Assembly (NCBI RefSeq): GCF_009914755.1
Contig: NC_060943.1
Length of the DNA: 64,000 nt
Reading direction: 5' to 3' (one strand)
DNA from: the human T2T-CHM13v2.0 reference genome, Homo sapiens
In this document: positions 15,338 to 31,581 of the stretch, piece after piece
Layout: every line of letters begins with the position of its first letter
Numbering within the stretch: the first letter of the stretch is position 1
Position numbers and translations under genes: made by a program
The notes under the pieces: model-generated
What the model saw: only the letters and a program-made list of their open reading frames with translations
Databases searched by the model: none
What the model was told of the DNA's origin: nothing

Positions 15338-16529
15338 TGATAGGGACAGAGGGTGGAGAAATTCTAGGCAGAAAAGGGCAGTTCCCAGGCAAAACCCCAC
15401 CCTCAAGCCAAAAAGCCTGAAACTGCAGCCCAAAGTGAGAACTTATATCCCTGTTTTCTCGCTTGGATATCACCTTTTCCTAAACCACCCCTGACCCTGC
15501 CCAACCCCATGCTATGCCTATAAAAACCCCAGACTCAGCCAGTAGATGAAACTATGGCTGGACATTAGAGAGAAGCAGCTTTGACCTCAGAAGGACAGCT
15601 CGATGGTATAACTTCAGAGAAGAATTTGGCAGGAGACGACTGGACTTCATTACCTGCCTGCCCCATCCCTTTTCCAGCTTCCCTTACCTGAGAGCCACTT
15701 TGATCAGACATAAGATCCCTCCTGCATTTAACATCCTTCAATTCGTTCATGCAACCTTATTTTTCCTAGATGCTGGAAAAGTGCTCAGGAGCCACAAGTG
15801 CGGTTACAAAAGCCTGTCATACTGGCCCTTTGCCCTCGCTGGTGGAGGGCAGCCACTTCATGCAAAAAGGCAAAGGGCCCACTGAGCTGTTAACACTTAA
15901 CACCCCACCCTAATCTTTTATTATGCAGATGGATTCTCTATCTGGCCGGCGCCATGTTGCCTGTGTCTTTACTGCACATGGGCTGACAAAGAAAAGGAAA
16001 GATGGAGACTCTATGCTGAACGTGTCTGGCTTTCAAGTAGCCCTTTCCTATTGGCGCAGCTGCTAGGATTCACCCATGCAAGCTTGCAGTTGCTTATCTA
16101 TGTCTGCAGCTTGATTTTTCAGGCTTCTCTTTGTCAGAAAAGAAATGATTTGGGGGTTGCTTTTTGTTAGGGAAATTCCTCCAAGGACTCTTTTACCCTC
16201 ACTCTCTGCCTAAATAATTTCTTTCTATCTCCTTTATCAATATGGCTGAGTCTGGGGCTGTTATGGGCTCAGAATGGGGGAGGGACAGACCATAGGTATT
16301 ATTCAAAAAGGCAACATTCGATTGGCTAAAAGGCATTTTTCAAAAAAAAAAAAATCTGTTGGGAAAGGGCAAGTAAACAAGAACAGAAGTTTTCACTCTG
16401 GGTCGCAGGTTTCATCCAGGACGAGTAGTCCAGTCTTTCAGCCTATAGACTGTTTTTGGCTTGAAGGTGGGGTTTTACCGGGGACCCACCCCATCTGCCT
16501 GGGTATTTGGCTGTCTCCTGTCACTATCA
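15338..16529. mobile_element. Stack of truncated ERV1 LTRs: MER50-like (+, 15338 to about 15900), LTR9-like (-, about 15900-16239), MER52/LTR28-like (-, about 16240-16529)
   Basis: LTR-type termini tgatagggacag, tgataaaggagatag (rc) and tgatagtgacaggagacag (rc); the middle piece is homologous to the LTR at 58165. Confidence 0.55.
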
Positions 16530-16944
16530 CAGAGATAACAAGAACACAACAAAGTAAAGAACCACGACATTCAAATGGATAATTTTTGAGGAAGCCATGT
16601 CAGTGCATGACATGAAAATGATTTAAATGATGCTTTAGAAATCTCAAGAACAGCTGAAAGTAAACTGATCAAAGACAGAGATTTGATGACCATGTACAGA
16701 GAAGAAAACTATAAAAGTAATTAATCACTGAAGGAGTTGTTGAATAGAAATATACAAAAACATATAAAGCAATTTTATAGGTGCTTTAGGAATGGGAAAC
16801 AGAGGCATGTCTTTTAGAGAGAGAAAAAAAGAGCCAGAATATTTAAATTCACATTTGCCTTAGGTAGTTGTAATATCCAGGAAACAGGAGGATGTTCCAT
16901 CTAACATCACTGGGATTACAGGCGTGAGCCACCGCATCTAAGAA

Positions 16945-17479
16945 ATATTACTAATCATATCACAGAGTGTACACACAATGTGTACACTTACTGTGTTGTT
17001 AGCAGTAATAGCGAAGAGATATTATGAGTCATGTCACAGGGTGTACATCCACTGTGATATTAACATTAATATTGAAGAGATATTATGAATCATATAACAG
17101 GGTGTACAACCAGTGTTATATTAGCAGTAATATCGAAGAGATGTTATGAATCATATCACACGGTGTACACCCACTGTGATATTAGCAGTAAAATCGAAGA
17201 GATATTTTGAATCATATCACATGGTGTATACCCATTGTGATATTAGCAGTATTATCAAAGAGATATTATGAATCATATCCTAGGTGTACACCCACTGTGA
17301 TATTAGCAGTAATTTCTAAGAGATATTATTAATTATATCACAGGGTGTACACCCATTCTGATATTTGCAGTAATATCAAAGAGATATTATTTGCAGTAAT
17401 ATCAAAGAGATATTATTTGCAGTAATATTGAAGAGATATTATGAATAATATCCCAGCATGTACACACAGGGTGTGTACA
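16945..17479. repeat. About 61-bp tandem satellite (SATR1/SATR2-like), about 8 units plus three 26-bp subunits
   Basis: GTGTAC/GTGTAT anchor recurs at 16980, 17041, 17102, 17163, 17224, 17284, 17345; unit about gggtgtacacccactgtgatattagcagtaatatcgaagagatattatgaatcatatcaca. Confidence 0.85.
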
Positions 17480-18352
17480 GATTAAGAACTGCAGCCCATC
17501 CTCTTTGGGCTGTTCCTGTCCATGTGCCTGGTCATGGTGCTGGGGAACCTTCTCATCATCCTGGCCGTCAGCTCTGACTCCCACCTCCACACCCCCACGT
17601 ACTTTTTCCTCTCCAACCTGTCCTTGGCTGACATCGGTTTCCCCTCCACCACTGTCCCCAAGATGATTGTGGACATCCAGTCTCACAGCAGAGTCATCTC
17701 CTATGCGGGCTGCCTGACTCAGATATCTCTTTTTGCTGTTTTTGGATGCATGGAAGACATGCTTCTGAGTGTGATGGCTTATGACCGGTTTGTGGCCATC
17801 TGTCACCCTCTGGATTATCCAGTCATCATGAACCCATGTTTCTGTGGCTTCCTGGTTTTGTTGTCTTTTTTTTCTCAGTCTTTTAGACTTCCAGCTGCAC
17901 AATTGGATTGCCTTACAAATTACCTGCTTCAAGGATGTGGAAATTCCCAGTTTCTTCTGTGACCCTTCTCAACTCCCCCACCTTGCCTGTTGTGACACCT
18001 TCACCAACAACATAGTCATGTATTTCCTTGCTGCCATACTTGGTTTTCTTCCCATCTCGGGGATCTTTTCTCTTACTATAAAATTGTTTCCTCCATTCTG
18101 AAGGTTTCATCATCAGGTGGGAAGTATAAAGCCTTCTCCACCTGTGGCTCTCACCTGTCAGTTGTTTGCTTATTTTATGGAACAGCCCTTGGAGGGTACC
18201 TCAGTTCAGACATGTCCTCTTATCCCAGAAAGGGTGCAGTGGCTTCAGTGATGTACACAGTGGTCGCCCCCATGCTGAACCCGTTCATCTACAGCCTGAG
18301 AAAAAGGGACATTAAAAGTGCCCTGCAGCAGCTGCATGGCAGAATAGTCTAA
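17480..18352 (+). pseudogene. OR7E16P: OR7E-subfamily pseudogene, 5' truncated (probably OR7E16P)
   Basis: OR homology begins at about codon 20 directly after a satellite; +1 T in T8 run 17866-17873; -1 at about 18065; 7E-type motifs [26 protein letters not shown] and C-terminus LHGRIV*. Symbol tentative. Confidence 0.8.
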
Positions 18353-18542
18353 TCTCATGATCTTATTATCGGTTCCATTCTTTAGCATGGGTTGGAAAAG
18401 GCAGCAAGGTCAAATATCTAGACCTGCAAAGAATATCGCTTCCTTCGTTATGTCTCTAGTTGGAATTGCTGAGTATTCTGATATCCTTTGTTCTTAATAA
18501 ACATCATGATTGAATTCAATATACCTAGACGGACTCTTTTAG

Positions 18543-19171
<629 letters not shown>

Positions 19172-20135
19172 ACTTCACATTTATATTGCTTTTCACTGTT
19201 CATTTGTAATTTATTTACACTTTGCATCTATAAAATCTATTTAGGCAGATTATATGTGAGGATCCATGTCACTGGTCCTCAAGTTTGAGTTAGATTGAAA
19301 TTGCCCAGAGAGCTTACAAGTGCTGATGCCTGGGTCTCATTACCAGAGATTCTGATTTACTTAGACTTGTGTGGGTATGAGGATATTACAAACATCAGAG
19401 AGAGTTCAGATGGTAAAGTTCCCAAAGGGATTAAACTCAATGTAAGTTACAAAGGAGTTTTTTGTACCACCAGGCAATGTGATTTCTTCAAATGCATTGC
19501 CTTCAACACTGAACCGACTGTCATTATGCTGGGTTATTTTCACCCCTTAGAATTTTTATTTTATCTACTGCAACTGTAGTTTTACATGTATATAGATTTT
19601 TATCATATTTCCTTCTTGTGCATACATAAAAAGAGAAATAGGAAATAATAACATGGTAACAATATCCCTAGACTTCCCATTCAGAGACTGGTTCTTTAAA
19701 AATACGTGTTATTTTTACTTTCTAATAAAGAAAATGTGGTGTATGCATATACAATGAGATATGATTCAGCTGTAAAACAAATGGCATCTTGTCATTTGCA
19801 ACAACTTTGATGGGACTGTAGGTCATTACGTTAAGTGAAATAGGGAAGGCACAAAAATGCATGTTCTCATTCATACGTAGGAGCTGAAAAGTTAATCTCA
19901 TGAAGGCAGACAGTAGAATATTGGCTACCAGAGCATGGTAAAAATGGGGAGGGGGTTGAAGAGAAGTTGGTATATGGGTCCAAAGGTCCATGCAGAAGAA
20001 TTAAATTCGAGTATTTAATAGTACAGTAGAGAAATTTTAGTTAACAATAATGTGGAATATTTCAAAATAGCAAGGAGATACGATTTGTGTGGTTCTTATT
20101 ATGTTGGTCTTTAACCTATAGTATTTCTGTTCTGA

Positions 20136-20399
<264 letters not shown>

Positions 20400-21734
20400 T
20401 AGAAATGGGGTTTAACCATGTTGGCCAGGCTGATCTCAAACTCCTGACCTCAAGCCAACCACCCACCATGGCCTCCCAAAGTGTTGGGATTGCAGGCGTG
20501 AGCCACCGTACCCAGCCCATGTAGTTTTCTTATGTAATTCCACTCCTGGTCACTAAGGCTCATCACACTGAAAGTTCAGTGTACTTCACTAACACCTTCA
20601 CTCCCCGAAGCCTCAGAGTTTAGAGGCTACCTTCAGTTACTGTTTCTGTTACTACATTGTTTCCTTTTGCCTTTGTCCTGCAGTAACAATTGAACCAACT
20701 CCCTATATTCAATTCTCTTCATTAAAATAACTAGATTGACTTCTATTCCTGAACTTTGATTTGGGAACAAAGGTATGTTGTAGTTCTCTACAATTGGAAT
20801 ATTTTTAAATGTGCTCAAGAAATAAAGCTGGTTATAAAACACATGTCTTTGTGAAGGGCATCTAACTGAGGTTTAAATGCTGGTTTTCTACTTCCAGTTG
20901 CTATGTGGCTCTACTGATGTCTGAGGATTATTGAACCACCAATTTCATCATAAATAATTTAATCATGTTCTTCTATAACTTTATCCTAAGATATTAAATG
21001 TATATGTCACCAATAAAAGTGAGCTCTTCATTTGTCACCCAATAGTCAACGAACATGATAAGTGGTACATTAATATTGCCTGTTGAAATCACATTGTAGA
21101 CGCTCCCCATAGGTGATGCTCTGTCCTTTGCTCTTTATGTCAAGATTTAGAAGAGAGCTATGATGAACTAATACCTTACATGGCAGAAGTTTGGATGCTT
21201 CAGAATAGCCATCTAAGATTACTATGACAATCTTTGATTTGGACGGAAATTACAGATAATGGAAAAAAATGTCAGATTTGTAGCTACTTCATCAGCCATA
21301 TATTGGCTCTTGAATTTGGGACCTTTGGCAGCTCACAGCTCTTTTCTGAACCTCAGATTCCTCAGTAGCAAATTAAGTACAATCATTTTTTTTCCTTCCA
21401 AGATCATGCAATGATCATATATAATGGTATCATGAACCAGTAAAGGTAGTTTTCCATCAAATATTTTTAGTATATATTATTAGTATATATTATTACATAA
21501 AAGAAGTCAATTTTATGAAAATTTCCAGAATTCATAAGCAAATTGTTATTGCAGAATTCATAAGCAAACTGTTATTGCAAACTGTGTAACCTTGTATGCA
21601 ATACAAAACATATTTCTATTACACTAGTTCACCTAATACTGTGATAATGGTCTATCTGAGAGGCTGGCTGGGGAGATATAATGAAATATATCTCTAATTA
21701 GATAACTATTTAATAGGTAGTAATGGAACAATAA

Positions 21735-21996
<262 letters not shown>

Positions 21997-22671
21997 TAGC
22001 CAGGATGGTCTCGATCTCCTGACCTTGTGATCTGCCCACCTCGGCCTCCCAAAGTGCTGGGATTACAGGCGTGAGCCACTGCGCCTGGCCCAACATATGG
22101 GTTTTAAGGGTTGAAGTTTGATTTTCAACATTAGCTCATCTAAGTCATTTGCTGACTGGACCAGAACATATTTATTAGCTCCACATCCTCTAATTCATCA
22201 TTTTTAATGATGTTCAGCTTGAGGAACTCTAGGATTAAACAGATAATGTATTTACCTGATAAGAAATTAGTAAATGTAGATATCATTGTCATCATCTACA
22301 CTTAGATCAATGCATTTCAAGTAAATTATTTGAACTCCTGTTGTTCATTATCCTGGATGGCTGACGGACTGTCTCTTTTTTATATTTACACAAGGGCAGA
22401 GAATGAATATCATTATCTATATACTCACAACCTTGCACAGTGAGGACAGCTCTCCTTCATATAACAATGAAGTAATTGTACACTGACTTATGAGAGTGAA
22501 GGCAATTTGATATCTGTTCAAACCATATTTTCTTTCCTCACTGAAGCCCTATTCCTCTTATACAGAGAACTCCTTGGAAACAAAACGTATGGTTTGTTAG
22601 TGTTTGATCAGAACCGTTGAATGGGATCTAGATTTCTTAAACAGTATTTACAGATAAAGAATCACATAAGA

Positions 22672-23086
22672 CTTGGAACCAACCCAAATGTCCATCAATG
22701 ATAGACTGGATTAAGAAAATGTGGCACATATACAGCATGGTACTATGCAGCCATAAAAAAGGATGAGTTCATGTCCTTTGTAGGGACATGGATGAAGCTG
22801 GAAACCATCATTCTCAGCAAACTATCGCAAGAACAAAAAACCAAACACCGCATGTTCTCACTCATAGGTGGGAATTGAACAATGAGAACACCTGGACACA
22901 GGAAGGGGAAAATCACACACCGGGGCCTGTTGTGGGGTGGGGGGAGGGGAAGGGATAGCATTAGGAGATGTACCTAATGTAAATGATGAGTTAACGGGTG
23001 CAGCACACCAACATGGCACGTGTATACATATGTAACAAACCTGAACGTTGTGTACATGTACCCTAGAATTTAAAGTATAAAAAAAA
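22672..23086 (+). mobile_element. 5'-truncated L1PA 3' end with poly(A)
   Basis: Canonical L1PA 3'UTR with G-rich tract; TSD aatcacataaga 22660-22671 and 23087-23098. Confidence 0.85.
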
Positions 23087-23320
23087 AATCACATAAGAAA
23101 AGAAAGGTTTTGAAAGATTCTGCAAATAATGAAGGTTAATACATTAAAAAGTGATGGTAGACATTCTTCAGTTGCACATTAAAAAAAAACTCAGAAAATA
23201 GTATCCTCCTGTTTCCATTAAGTGGACTCTTCATGTGAGGGGAAATTAGGAAAAGATGAAAGAAAATGATTCATTCTACTGCACAAACATAACTCTTTTT
23301 TTTTTTTTTTTTTAAGATAG

Positions 23321-23419
<99 letters not shown>

Positions 23420-23686
23420 TGAGTAGCTGGGACTACAGGTGCGCACCACCACGCCTGGCTAATTTGTGTATTTTTAGTAGAGACAGGGTTTCACCATATT
23501 GGCCAGGCTGGTGTCGAACTCCTGACCTCATGATCTGCCCACCTCAGACTTCCAAAGTGCTGGGATTACAGGCCTGAGCCACTGCGCCCAGCCAACTCTT
23601 TGGTTTTTATACAAAAGTACATACCTTGAAGACATTATCATCACTGAAGTAAATAAATCACAGAAGGATAAACACAACTGGGCTCA

Positions 23687-24163
<477 letters not shown>

Positions 24164-24339
24164 TTAATGTCATTAAACTGTAAACTTAAAAATAGTGGAA
24201 ATTGTTTATATTGACCCTTCTATATAAAATAATATATATTTATACTTTTTAATATTTACACATGGTATATTTTACCACAATAAAAGATGAAAATTGAAGC
24301 ATTTGGATCTTTACAAAGAAAAGAAAAAAGTGAATAATA

Positions 24340-24723
24340 CACACAAGCTTTCTCCTGATTAGAGGAAGAGCCCAAAAGCTTCTATGGACACTCATTTTTC
24401 TCTTCTTCTTCCTGAATTATTATGAGGAAGTCCTTAGAGATTGGGGAACTTGGGCCAATTTGGCTAATGAGGAGCTCTGTGCCTTGAGCCCCCAAGGCCA
24501 TAGCATAGTGAATACTCAGCCTGTGCCTCCAGCCCTGCAGTGTGAGCTTCCAGTCCAGTGGGCTCCACACCTGTCGTCTGCATCAGGAGGCTCATGTCTG
24601 ACCCTGTCTTCCTGCCAGTCCTGAGGACGGAGCCTGAGCCTCCATCGTGCACCACGCAGGGAGGACAGCGGACCTGCTCTCCATGATCATGGCCCAGCAG
24701 AGGGGAAGCGCAGCTCAGTGAGT
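24340..24723 (+). promoter_or_regulatory. Putative OR7E promoter and non-coding first exon
   Basis: TAATGAG 24465-24471, CCCCAAGG about 24490, GC-richer unique sequence ending in donor CA|GTGAGT 24718-24723, about 5.8 kb upstream of the second OR7E pseudogene. Confidence 0.4.
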
Positions 24724-25691
24724 GCTGAGGGATGGTCGGGAGCCTTCTTTCCTCATCCTCAGGACAAACAGGACAGTGGAGTGGCAGATAGGAGGACATC
24801 AATGTGCAAAATATCAGCTCAGACAACTGTGGAGTTTATGTTCTTGATTGTGGTGGGGACTCTGAAATCTCACTCAAAGTTTTACTTTCTCCCTCCACTG
24901 GTTCTACTTGCTATAGACATCTCACTGAAGCTAGGAAAAAATAGGTCTCTCTAAGCTATTCCATGAACACTGTAAAAGGATTATGAAGCTGATGATGAGG
25001 ATGAGGAGGAAGAGGACAGTCACTATGACATCATGAACTTTTCCTGAGGGCTTCCTGAATGCCAGGCGCCCAGTTCTGTGTTCTATGTGGTTTGTTTCAT
25101 TTTATCTGCATAGCCTTCTGCAATCCATAAGTGCACACATTATTATTATTTTGCACGAGGAAAGGAGCTGTGCATTTTTATGTAACTTGTAGTATTTCAT
25201 GAAGTAGAGAGGAGTAAAGCCATGTTTGAATCAGGCCATCTAAATCCTTGCACATGGCATTTGGCTAGGCCTCTTCCTGCATCCAACCTGCCCTCTCGAA
25301 TCCCTGTCACTCTGGACCCCTGGTGTGCTCACTGCTTACCAGTGGGTTCCTGGTAGACCACAGCTAGACCAGTGGGTGCTACGTTCACTGTATCAAGTAT
25401 AGAAAGGGCAGCTGAGATCACATCAAAGATCCCAGAAAGAACTGGCACAGGATCCTTCAGGGTGCATCTCTCCCTTGCCCCTGTTCCTGGCTTTCCTTGC
25501 AGCTCTCCACCTCCTGAAAGGAGAAATAAAATCAGAGTTTTGGCCTCATTCCTACTCAGGAATCTGGAAACAGTTTGAAAATGCACCTCCGATGTGCCTG
25601 TGGTTAAGACCTCTTACCTCTGCTTACAACTTTCTGATAGCTGGGAAACATAAAAAAGGTTCATGCCTGAGACTCAGAGACTGATCATTTA

Positions 25692-25746
25692 TTAGGTTGG
25701 TGACAACAGTAATGGCAAAAACCTCAATTACTTTTGCATCAACCTA
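25692..25746. mobile_element. Internally deleted MADE1
   Basis: ttaggttggtg...gtaatggcaaaaacctcaattacttttgcatcaaccta. Confidence 0.7.
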
Positions 25747-26174
25747 TAATTTTTTTAAAATCCTGTTATTCCACTTATCTGTGTGGCAGGGGGCAAGATG
25801 TTAGTGTTTCTGAGACTCAACATTGCCACCTGAGTTGATTTCTAGTTGACACAGATACATTCAGTATTGATTAAGCAGATCATGGGGGCTCCCTGTGGGA
25901 TCTATTTGTGATGGATGCATAAAGTAAAGGCAACGTGTATTCTAGAAATTGTTATTAATATTTTAAGATTAATCTTTATATCACTCAACTGAAATATCCT
26001 GTGACCTGAAGTTACTGTTTCTGTACTTCCCACAGGACATTTTATTTTTGTCCTTATATAATTAAGTACTGATTATTGTGACAGAAACAACTGAGTCTCT
26101 TTCATCTCTAATTCTCCAGAGTCTCTAACCTGCTTGACACAGAGGAGGCATCAGAAATAAAAATCTCTTTTAAG

Positions 26175-27690
<1,516 letters not shown>

Positions 27691-28329
27691 AATGATGTAT
27701 AATTATGTGTGTAAATGTGGATATAACTCTACAGAAATACTGAATGAAAAAGCAAGTTACAGAGTAATACCTGCTCTATACTTTCGTTGACATAAAATTT
27801 AAGAAAGCAAAATTAAATGATTCATTACTTAGGGATATATATATATATGAGTAGAGTATAAAGAAAGAAGAGATTAACTCAAATTTCACATTGGAGGTTA
27901 CCTGTGCCGTAGGGCTGGGGTGCCTGGAACCATAGAAGGATGCACGGCTTCGAAGATTGTGCTTTTTTTTTCTTGTTTGTTTGTTTTGTTTTGTTTTTGT
28001 TTGTTTGTTTTTTGAAAGTGAGTCTTGCTCTGTCACCCAGGCTGGAGTGCAGTGGTGCAATCTTGGCTCACTCCAACCTCTGCCTCCTGAGTTCAAATGA
28101 TTCTCATACCTTACCCTCCCAAGTAGGTGAGATTACAGGTGTGTGCCACCACGCCCGGCTAATCTTTGTATTTTTAGTAGAGGCGGGGTTTCACCATGTT
28201 AGCCAGGCTGGTCTCGAACTCCTGACCTCAAGTGATCAGCCCACCTCGGCCTCCCAAAATGCTGGGATTACAGGCATGAGCCATCGAGCCTGGCCCAAAG
28301 ATTGTTTTTTGTTTTGTTTTGTTTTTTGA

Positions 28330-28578
<249 letters not shown>

Positions 28579-29019
28579 TGAGCCACCACGCCCGGCCCAA
28601 AGATTGGTTTTATTGCATTTGTTAAACTGTGGGATAGGTACTTGGGTATTTCATTATTGTTCTTTTTTTTTTTTAAGTACATACATATTATGTACATTCC
28701 CTTGATTTCTTGGAACATTTCACAAAAAAATTATATACACAGAATAAAATAAATATTTAAAGCCAAAAATCTCTGGAAATACTGAGAAAAAAAGAGAGAA
28801 AGAGACAGAAAGAAGAGGGGAAGGTAAACATTATTGCTTAGACAGAAACACATTTTAGACTTTCACATCTTTCTAGCCTCACATAAAGTAATGCAAAAGT
28901 GTTCTTAAAATTGCATTACTCACGCCTGTAATCCCAGAATTTTGGGAGGCCGAGGCGGGCAGATCATGAGGTCAGGAGTTCGAGATCAGCCTGACCAACA
29001 TGAAACCCCGTCTCTACTA

Positions 29020-29250
<231 letters not shown>

Positions 29251-30487
29251 TCACTGATGGCTTTGATTATGCGCATTTAACTAAACCTTATTTATCAAAA
29301 CTCTGAGTCCACCTAAGCAAGGACAGGAGTTGAATATTAAATGAATTTCAAAAGAAAACCCACATATTTGAGGGAGACTTTGCTTCCACAGGAAAGTGAA
29401 GTCAGAAACCATGAAGACAATGAAAACACTAGAACAGAACTGGAATGTGAAAATGTTGTCTGCTTATGAACTGTCAACTTTAATTTATCTTTGAAATAAC
29501 GTGGTCCTAGGTCTTACAGAATATTTCTAAATATTGTAAATCAAAGGAATTTGTAGCATTGAATTAGAATGAAATAAGGCATATTTGAATGTCTTTGGTT
29601 TCTTTTAATTACAAAGATTTCTTTTCTTAAATGGGGAAAGATATTTCTTTACTTTTTGTGTGTGTGTGTAAGACAAGGTCTCACTCTGTCATCCAGACTG
29701 GAGTGCAATGGTGTGAACTTGGCTCACTGTAACCTCCACCTCTGGGCTCAAGTGATCCTCCCACCTCAGCCTCCCAAGTAGTTGAGACCATAGGCACATG
29801 CCACCACGCCAGCTAATTTTTGTATTTTTAGTAGAGACGGGGTTTTGCCATGTTGTCCAGGCTGGTCTCAAACTCCTCAGCTTAAGTGATCCTCCCGCCT
29901 TGGCTTCCCAAAGTGCTGGGATGACAGGCATGAGCCACTGCGCCTAGCCAATATTTCTTATTTTATATTTTTACTGAAAAGAGTACGCTGTATTTTAATG
30001 TGATCATGAATTTTCTCAAATGTTCTTGCTCTTCTCACTTTGTTCAGTCAAGGGTCTCTAAGGTAAGTGTCTACAGAATCAGGTGACTAACACACCAATC
30101 AATTACAAAAGGACTTGTAGCAAATTGGGTTTTACGGACACAAAGATGGGAAAAACAGTGGGGACTGCTTGATGGGGGAGGGTGGGGGTTTATGGGGTGG
30201 AAGTCTATCTATCCAGTACTAAGCCCACTACCTTGGTGTTGGGATCATTGCTGCACCAAACCTTTACCGACACATTATTTACTCATGTAACAAGCCTGCA
30301 TATGTATTCTGTGAGTCTAAAATAAAAAAAAAGAAAATTAGGGTTTTCAAAACTGAGAAATATGGCTGAGGGTATATGATCCTCAAATGTGAAAACATTA
30401 ATTGTAAATTGCTTGTATCCAAAATATAGACACAGTGCTGGGTGCTGATTTTGTCCTTTCCTTTTTTCCAATTCTCTTTTTCTCAAT

Positions 30488-31432
30488 TGTGTCCAAGATA
30501 CACAGAGCCAGAGAATCTCACAGGTGTCTTAGAATTCCTGCTCCTGGGACTCCCAGATGATCCAGAACTGCAGCCCGTCCTCTTTGGGCTGTTCCTGTCC
30601 ATGTACCTGGTCATGGTGCTGGGGAACCTGCTCATCATTCTGGCCGTCAGCTCTGACTCCCATCTCCACAGCCCCATGTACTTCTTCCTCTCCAACCTGT
30701 CCTTGGCTGACATCGGTTTTGCCTCTACTACTGTCCCCAAGATGATTGTGGACATCCAGGCTCATAGTAGACTCATCTCTTACGTGGGCTGCCTGACTCA
30801 GATGTCTTTTTTGATCTTTTTCGCATGTATGGAAAGTCTGCTCCTGATTGTGATGGCCTATGACCGGTTCGTGGCCATCTGTCACCCCCTGCACTACCAA
30901 GTCATCATGAGCCCACGACTCTGTGGCTTCTTAGTTTTGGTGTCTTTTTTTCTTAGCCTTTTGGACTCTCAGCTGCACAATTTGATTGTGTTACAACTTA
31001 CCTGCTTCAACGATGTGGAAATCTCTAATTTTTTTCTGTGACCCTTCTTAACTTCTCAAGCTGGCCTGTTCTGACACCTCCATTAATAACATGGTTGTAT
31101 ATTTTATTGGTGCCATATTTGGTTTTCTCCCTCTCTTAGGGATCCTTTTCTCTTACTATAAAATTGTTTCCTCCATTCTGAGAGTTCTCTCTTCAGGTGG
31201 GAAGTATAAAGCCTTCTCCACCTGCAGCTCTCACCTGTCAGTTGTTTGCTTACTTTATGGAACAGCCCTTGGAGGGTACCTCAGTTCAGCTGTGTCCCTT
31301 TCCTCCAGGAAGGGTGCAGTGGCCTCAGTAATGTACATGGTGGTCACCCCCATGCTGAACCCCTTCATCTACAGCCTGAGAAACAGGGACATTCAAAGTG
31401 CCCTGCAGAGGCTGCACGGCAGAATAATGTAA
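30488..31432 (+). pseudogene. OR7E25P: OR7E-subfamily pseudogene (probably OR7E25P)
   Basis: 7E-type N-terminus [12 protein letters not shown] with no ATG; +1 T in run 31029-31035, then TAA 31049-31051; C-terminal frame 31091-31432 intact. Symbol tentative. Confidence 0.8.
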
Positions 31433-31581
31433 TCTCCTTATCTGTTGCATCTTTTTTGTAGTATTGGTTGGAAAAGGCAGAGCTTTGATACAAAATATCA
31501 AGACCTTTAAATCCTTCCCCCTTGGTTACATTATATTTATTGCTTGATAGGTTCAATTCCTCTCCATGTTTCATATGTGAA

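Noticed and set aside
16945-17479. Regularly spaced repeats resembling a CRISPR array
   Set aside because: Whole 61-bp units repeat with no unique spacers, no cas genes, and the DNA is human
21526-21583. 26-bp tandem duplication cagaattcataagcaaa(t/c)tgttattg
   Set aside because: Simple slippage duplication; single copy in the paralogous module and no functional hint
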